Origin: an uncultured Muribaculaceae bacterium
GTDB lineage: Bacteria > Bacillota_I > Bacilli_A > RF39 > UBA660
Direction: 5' to 3'
NCBI GenBank assembly: GCA_964371705.1
Contig: CAYJNH010000001.1
Coordinates: forward strand, 1-62,100
Length of the DNA stretch: 62,100 nt
Below are positions 57,387-62,100 of the stretch, in pieces. Position numbers and translations under genes: made by a program. Each line of letters starts with the position of its first letter. Within the stretch, counting starts at the first letter, position 1. The notes beneath the pieces were generated by a model. The model made no database searches, was not told the origin of the DNA, and saw only the letters and a list, made by a program, of their open reading frames with translations.

Positions 57387-58010
57387 TTAAATTACCTGTT
57401 CAAATTTTAAATTAGCATTTATAGTAATAACTAAATCTTCTAGTGAAGCTTGATGTCCAACAGTAGTATCTACTTCATCAGTCATAGTGTTAGTATCTCC
57501 ATCATACCATTCAAAGTAAACTCTAATAACAAATTTTTCATGCTTATAATTTTCTATACCCTTATTAAATATCATTGTGTTTTCTATTACTCCACCAGTT
57601 ATAGAAACTCCATTAAGTGGATTACTAGTAGAAGCTCCGTTTTCAAGAATTTCGTATTTATTTATTATAAAATCTGGTACTTCAGTGCTTACAGCAGATA
57701 ATTCAATGTTATACCTAAATGATAAATCAACATTAGTTGGGTCAACTTCTATATCAAAGTATCCAGTTGATGTAGGAGCAAGTTTGTTGCTACTTACATT
57801 ATTATTAGTTTCAATAGTAGGAGTAAATTCAATAGTAGAAGTAGAATTTTGAACTATATCCGTTTCATTAACTAGTATTTGCCATCTAGATAATGATACA
57901 TCTACATTACCAGTTGTATCAGCAACATACCGAGAATATGTACTACTTATCATGCTAAGAGTAATTACCATCGATACAAACAAAAATAATAATCTAACTC
58001 GTTTTTTCAT
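57387..58010 (-). CDS. TasA/camelysin-like secreted protein, short form (207 aa)
   Basis: The signal ends in ...MISSTYSRYVADTTGN. All-beta composition. Shared late motif IRVYFEWYDGDTN. Confidence 0.55.
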   Translation of the reverse strand: MKKRVRLLFLFVSMVITLSMISSTYSRYVADTTGNVDVSLSRWQILVNETDIVQNSTSTIEFTPTIETNNNVSSNKLAPTSTGYFDIEVDPTNVDLSFRYNIELSAVSTEVPDFIINKYEILENGASTSNPLNGVSITGGVIENTMIFNKGIENYKHEKFVIRVYFEWYDGDTNTMTDEVDTTVGHQASLEDLVITINANLKFEQVI

Positions 58011-58060
58011 ATTAACTCCTTTTTACATTTTAATTATATATATATAATGTACATATATCA

Positions 58061-58096
58061 ATATAAAAAACGTAAATACTATATAAAAAACGTAAA
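58061..58096. repeat. two copies of a 16-bp direct repeat, ATATAAAAAACGTAAA, spaced 20 bp start to start
   Basis: Copies at 58061-58076 and 58081-58096, in the divergent intergenic region. Confidence 0.7.
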
Positions 58097-58114
58097 ATTT
58101 TACACAAAAACAAT

Positions 58115-58143
58115 TTGACATGTTGCTATTATTAAGCTAATAT
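58115..58143 (+). promoter_or_regulatory. sigma-A consensus-like promoter P1 for the 58296 operon
   Basis: TTGACA, 17 nt spacer, TAATAT. Confidence 0.5.
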
Positions 58144-58184
58144 TACGCTTTACATTTTTATTCGACAAAAAGCAACAATATATA

Positions 58185-58213
58185 TTGACTATCAATACAT
58201 AATTTTATATAAT
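58185..58213 (+). promoter_or_regulatory. sigma-A consensus-like promoter P2 for the 58296 operon
   Basis: TTGACT, 17 nt spacer, TATAAT. Confidence 0.55.
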
Positions 58214-58295
58214 AAAGTTGTATTATAGATAAGATGTCAATACAAGTTAGAGAGTAAATATATATCTCTTGTTGATATCAAGGAGATTGATGGAT

Positions 58296-58994
58296 ATGGA
58301 AGAAAGTAAATTTACAATCGATGCGAAAAAAATAAGAAGGGATAAGCAGTTACTAAAAATAGCAAAGCTAGCTATAGTAATAATTATTCTTGCCATTATA
58401 TTTTCGTACTTAGTAATTGGTTTTGTTTATAATAGTGGTAATTTTACCATAACGCTCGATAAGAATTCGTTTTATGAGAAAGGTTTAATCATATATGATG
58501 ATCCTAATTATAAAACATACAGATCAGAGTTGATTGCAGAGTCGATTGATACTTTCGATAATGTAGCAGAGTTATGGTTACCTGCTGACTTAGATTCGCA
58601 TGGGGGCGGTTCTAATAATGGAGATAACTATATATCTTATACATTCTATATCGAAAATACAGGAGAAGCTGCAACTGATTACTATTCTGAAATACTTATT
58701 GATGATGTTATAAAAAATGTTGACGAGGCTGTAAGAATTAAAGTTTACAAGAATGGTGAGTCAATCACTTATGCGAAAGAATCTGCTTCCGGAGATCCTG
58801 AAGAAGGAACAGTGCCTTTTGATTCTGATAAACGAGTAGTATTTGATGAAAACAAGGATTTCAAACCAGGTGATATTACAAAATATACTATTGTAATATG
58901 GCTTGAAGGTTCAGATCCTGAAACAACTAATAATATTATTGGTGGTGAAATTAAATTACACATGGAATTCAATTCAGAAATAGTCGAAAAATAG
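58296..58994 (+). CDS. membrane-anchored short member of the same TasA-like family
   Basis: The TM helix LAIVIIILAIIFSYLVIGFVY lacks the TYAWF cleavage motif. YISYTFYIENTGEAA and ITKYTIVIWLEGSDPE...IKLHMEF match motifs of the 441 and 436 aa proteins. ATG at 58296 (or 58290) follows AAGGAG; the track start at 58269 is unlikely. Confidence 0.55.
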   Translation: MEESKFTIDAKKIRRDKQLLKIAKLAIVIIILAIIFSYLVIGFVYNSGNFTITLDKNSFYEKGLIIYDDPNYKTYRSELIAESIDTFDNVAELWLPADLDSHGGGSNNGDNYISYTFYIENTGEAATDYYSEILIDDVIKNVDEAVRIKVYKNGESITYAKESASGDPEEGTVPFDSDKRVVFDENKDFKPGDITKYTIVIWLEGSDPETTNNIIGGEIKLHMEFNSEIVEK

Positions 58995-59011
58995 GAGGAA
59001 AGAGAGAAGTT

Positions 59012-60337
59012 ATGCAAAAAAGAAACGCAAAACAAAAAAGAAACGTAAGAAATTTAGCTGCAGTAACAACGTTAACTGCGATTATCTTGATAGTTTCAAC
59101 TTATGCATGGTTTATTGGTCTTGACGAAGTAAGAGTAGAAGATTTTACTGTTAAAATCGCTGCTGTTGATAGTTTAGAACTATCACTTAACGGAGCTGAT
59201 TGGTCAGATACAATAAATATTGATCCAGATACAATTGAAGATGTAACTGGAACAAGTGCATATGTAGGAAACACAAATTCATGGACTGGTAGACTTGATA
59301 CTGACACTGACGGAGATGGTGTAAATGATCCAGTTGGATTAATACCAGTGTCATCAGTAGGTCAAATGGACACTGCTTCTTCAAGATTAGTAATGTATGA
59401 AAAAGCTAGTTTAAGTCCAACACCACCATATGGAACAAGATTAATGGCAAGTCAAGTACAAAATCATGTAGATGCTGATACTGGTACTGCTGGTCACCAA
59501 CCAGTAGATGAAGTAGATGGATATATTGCTTTTGACTTATTTGTTAAAAATTATACTGGAGCACAATATATAGAAGCTTTAAATCAAGCTGATGAAGAAG
59601 CTATTTACTTAATAGACGAATCAAATGTAGCCGTTACATTAACAGGAGATAACGGTGGAACAACTGATGCTGCAGAAGATGCAATTAGAGAAGCTTCAGG
59701 AATCGAAAATTCTGTTCGTGTAGCATTTGCTCAAGTAGGACGTGTTAAAGGTACTGAAACTGATGCTGCAACTATTACAGGAATTTCTTGTACAAGTGAA
59801 GCTGGTGTAGTTACTGGTATTTGTAGAACTGCAAGTATTTGGGAACCAAATGATACTGCTCACGTAGACGGTGCAATTAATTACTATAATAATAACTGTG
59901 GTTATAGAGGAACTGCAACTGCTCCAACTGGTGCTGGGTTTACAGCTAAAGGTTGTGTAGCAATAGCTGATGGAACTGCTGCTCCAACATATGCAGTAGC
60001 AACAGATATTTCATCTGACATGGATGTTAACATTTATGATGGTGGATATAACGGTTTAGCTGTACCAGAAGTACCAGCTACAATGCCTGATGGAACAACT
60101 GCTTATCCAAATGCTGGAGATGCAACTTTAGAAGCTTTTGATACATTTACAGATAGTGAAAAAATATTAAATGCTGATGAAAGACCATCAATTATGACTT
60201 TAGCACCAAACAGTATTACAAAAATAAGAGTATATATTTACTTAGAAGGTCAAGACGTAGATAACTATGACTGGGCTATCGAAGGAAAACAAATAACTGT
60301 TGACTTTGGATTCAGTAAACAAATATATGAAGCATAA
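59012..60337 (+). CDS. major TasA-like secreted protein 1 (441 aa) with SipW-cognate signal
   Basis: The signal ends in ...IILIVSTYAWFIGLDEV. Motifs include GYIAFDLFVKNYTGAQYIE, ENSVRVAFAQVGRV and ITKIRVYIYLEGQDVDNYD...ITVDFGFSKQ. Codon usage is visibly shifted to GCT/GGT/ACT/GTA/CGT. Confidence 0.7.
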   Translation: MQKRNAKQKRNVRNLAAVTTLTAIILIVSTYAWFIGLDEVRVEDFTVKIAAVDSLELSLNGADWSDTINIDPDTIEDVTGTSAYVGNTNSWTGRLDTDTDGDGVNDPVGLIPVSSVGQMDTASSRLVMYEKASLSPTPPYGTRLMASQVQNHVDADTGTAGHQPVDEVDGYIAFDLFVKNYTGAQYIEALNQADEEAIYLIDESNVAVTLTGDNGGTTDAAEDAIREASGIENSVRVAFAQVGRVKGTETDAATITGISCTSEAGVVTGICRTASIWEPNDTAHVDGAINYYNNNCGYRGTATAPTGAGFTAKGCVAIADGTAAPTYAVATDISSDMDVNIYDGGYNGLAVPEVPATMPDGTTAYPNAGDATLEAFDTFTDSEKILNADERPSIMTLAPNSITKIRVYIYLEGQDVDNYDWAIEGKQITVDFGFSKQIYEA

Positions 60338-60359
60338 TAGAAAGATATAGGAGGAAAAT

Positions 60360-61670
60360 ATGCGTAATAAAAGTAAAAAAACGAAAAAAGTCCAAAATAT
60401 CTTGATATTTGCTGGGTTTAGTGCAATTATCTTAATTGTATCTACTTATGCATGGTTTATTGGGTTACAAGAAGTAACAGTAAGCGAATTTCAAGTGGAA
60501 ATCGCTTCAACTGATAACCTACTAATATCATTAAATGGACTTGAATGGGGAGAAACTGTTACTTTAAATGAAGGAACATGGACTGCTTATGATGATGCAG
60601 CAGCTACTCCAAGCCAAGTGTATGATGGTCATACAAATAGCTGGGGTGGAAATGGATTAAAACCAATATCAACAGTAGGAACTGTTGATGCAACTTCTTC
60701 TACAATGGAACTTTTTGAAAGAGGAAGTTATACTCACACAGGTGGTGGATTTAGACTTGTTGCTGATAGATTAGCAAACAATGTAGAAGAAACTGCTGAC
60801 AGTGGAATTTATAATGAAGTTGATGGATATGTTGCATTCGATTTATTCATTAAAAACTTTACTGGAGCTCAATATATTGAAGAATATAACCCAGCTGATG
60901 AAGAAGATATTTATTTACTTACTGATTCAGGTGTAGCAGTTGCTGAGGCTGGTACTACTAATGCTGATGGAGATGATTTAGGATATATTGGTGCAGCTAG
61001 TCACGGTATTGAAAATTCAGTTCGTATAGCATTTGCACAAATAGGGCGTGTTAACGGAACAAGTGAAGATGGAAGCTTAATTGGTGGTATTTCATGTACT
61101 ACTGGTGGAGGAGTTACTTCAATTTGTAACGACGCTGTTATTTATGAACCAAACGAAAGAAAACATGAAACTAATGCAATAACTTGGTTTAATACATACT
61201 GTGATAACAGATCTGCTGATGCAGCTGGAGCTTCAGTATATACTAACGACCAATGTAATGTTTCTACTCCAGATACAGGAGCAGACGGAGACTTTACTGA
61301 TGGAAACGTTGAACCAGGATATACTACATTTGCTAATGATCTAGAATTAGATACTTGGGCAGTAAGTGCTCCAATTAATTCTGCAGCTAGATTTGATATC
61401 TATGATGGGCACAATACATTTGATCCAGTTGCTGCTGGTACAAGCGTAGAAAATGTAGAAACATTTACTGATGCTGAAAAAATGATAGCAGGTAATGATA
61501 GACCAGCATTCATGACTTTAGCACCAAATAGTATAACAAAAATAAGAGTATACGTTTACTTAGAAGGTAACGATTTAGATAATATGGATCTTGCTACTGA
61601 AGGAAAACAAATACTTGTTAACTTTGGATTTACAAAACAAAAATTTACAGAAGCTGACTTTACACCATAA
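60360..61670 (+). CDS. major TasA-like secreted protein 2 (436 aa), paralog of 59012..60337
   Basis: Same signal (IILIVSTYAWFIGLQEV) and conserved blocks. Strong RBS taggagga. Confidence 0.7.
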   Translation: MRNKSKKTKKVQNILIFAGFSAIILIVSTYAWFIGLQEVTVSEFQVEIASTDNLLISLNGLEWGETVTLNEGTWTAYDDAAATPSQVYDGHTNSWGGNGLKPISTVGTVDATSSTMELFERGSYTHTGGGFRLVADRLANNVEETADSGIYNEVDGYVAFDLFIKNFTGAQYIEEYNPADEEDIYLLTDSGVAVAEAGTTNADGDDLGYIGAASHGIENSVRIAFAQIGRVNGTSEDGSLIGGISCTTGGGVTSICNDAVIYEPNERKHETNAITWFNTYCDNRSADAAGASVYTNDQCNVSTPDTGADGDFTDGNVEPGYTTFANDLELDTWAVSAPINSAARFDIYDGHNTFDPVAAGTSVENVETFTDAEKMIAGNDRPAFMTLAPNSITKIRVYVYLEGNDLDNMDLATEGKQILVNFGFTKQKFTEADFTP

Positions 61671-61722
61671 TCTAATCATTATTGATGTAATAATATTCGT
61701 AAATAAAATAAATTAGGATATA

Positions 61723-61748
61723 AAGGGGTAACCTAATGGTTACTCCTT
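61723..61748 (+). terminator. strong hairpin after the second major subunit gene (attenuator, partial terminator or mRNA stabiliser)
   Basis: aaggggtaacc / ggttactcctt is an 11-bp stem with one G.U pair and a TAAT loop. There is no clean T-run afterwards. Confidence 0.4.
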
Positions 61749-61771
61749 AATCTTAGTTATAGAGGGAAAAA

Positions 61772-62100
61772 ATGGCTAGTAATAAAAATAAAAAAAATAA
61801 AAAGCAATTAGACATAAAAAGGAGAAAGATTAATTTTAATATATTATTAATTTTTGCTTTTTGTGTCGGATTAATATTAATAGTTGTAACATATGCATGG
61901 TTTTCATCATCATTAGATGCAACAGTTGATTTTGTTAGATTAACAGTAAATAGGGAAACAGGTTTGTATGCATCTCTTGATGGAGTAAACTATGGTAGTG
62001 AACTAATTATTAATGAAGAAAATATTATTAATGGAATAATAGATGAGTACGAAACTCATAATAATAAATGGGCTTCAGGAGGTTTAATTCCTACTTCATC
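61772..62100 (+). CDS. further TasA-like family member, 5' part (runs off the window)
   Basis: Not in the ORF track because it has no stop. ATG follows agagggaaaaa. A basic N-terminus precedes ...LILIVVTYAWFSSSLDATVDF. HNNKWASGGLIPTS parallels HTNSWGGNGLKPIS of the paralog. Confidence 0.6.
   Translation, partial: MASNKNKKNKKQLDIKRRKINFNILLIFAFCVGLILIVVTYAWFSSSLDATVDFVRLTVNRETGLYASLDGVNYGSELIINEENIINGIIDEYETHNNKWASGGLIPTS

Noticed and set aside
1-62100. Search for mobile elements, integrases, transposases, CRISPR arrays, rRNA or prophage genes flanking the two accessory blocks.
   Set aside because: None was recognised. I saw no terminal inverted or direct repeats bounding either block. Horizontal acquisition therefore cannot be claimed from this window.

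Overview
Very AT-rich chromosomal segment from a Gram-positive, probably spore-forming member of the Bacillota. This assignment rests on Bacillus-type gene neighbourhoods (dnaD-nth, ponA-recU, gpsB-rnpB, rodZ-like-pgsA, dnaB-dnaI, recA-rny, ftsY-ylxM) and on CotF-like and CotD-like coat proteins. A housekeeping backbone runs from about 19.2 to 49.7 kb. It holds an ABC exporter, cca, PBP1A, RNase P RNA, tRNA-Ala, recA, RNase Y, RNase J, a P-type ATPase, and argS behind a T-box leader. Two accessory blocks flank it. Block 1 (about 2.3-18.6 kb) is a Tad-like pilus locus: CpaB-like, CpaF/TadA ATPase, TadB/TadC-like, TadZ-like, three small pilin genes and two larger pseudopilin-like genes. All of these substrates share an atypical M[KR]E[AV]xG leader. 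The locus is preceded by a tandemly duplicated three-gene module (anchored about 240 aa protein, giant Cys-rich 985/1061 aa secreted protein, 137 aa TM protein). The last 467 bp of the two module copies are nucleotide-identical. Block 2 (about 49.7 kb to the window end) is the most unusual part. It holds three SipW-type (archaeal/ER-type) signal peptidase homologues: one catalytically dead, one fused to a roughly 620 aa cytoplasmic extension, and one canonical. It also holds a membrane-anchored McrB-family AAA+ NTPase with an McrC-N-terminal-like partner that shows no recognisable nuclease motif. At least six paralogous TasA/camelysin-like proteins carry SipW-cognate TYAWF-type signal peptides, and two of them show high-expression codon usage. 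I saw no transposases, integrases, CRISPR arrays or rRNA. All functional calls come from motif recognition by eye and from gene context; no database search was run.
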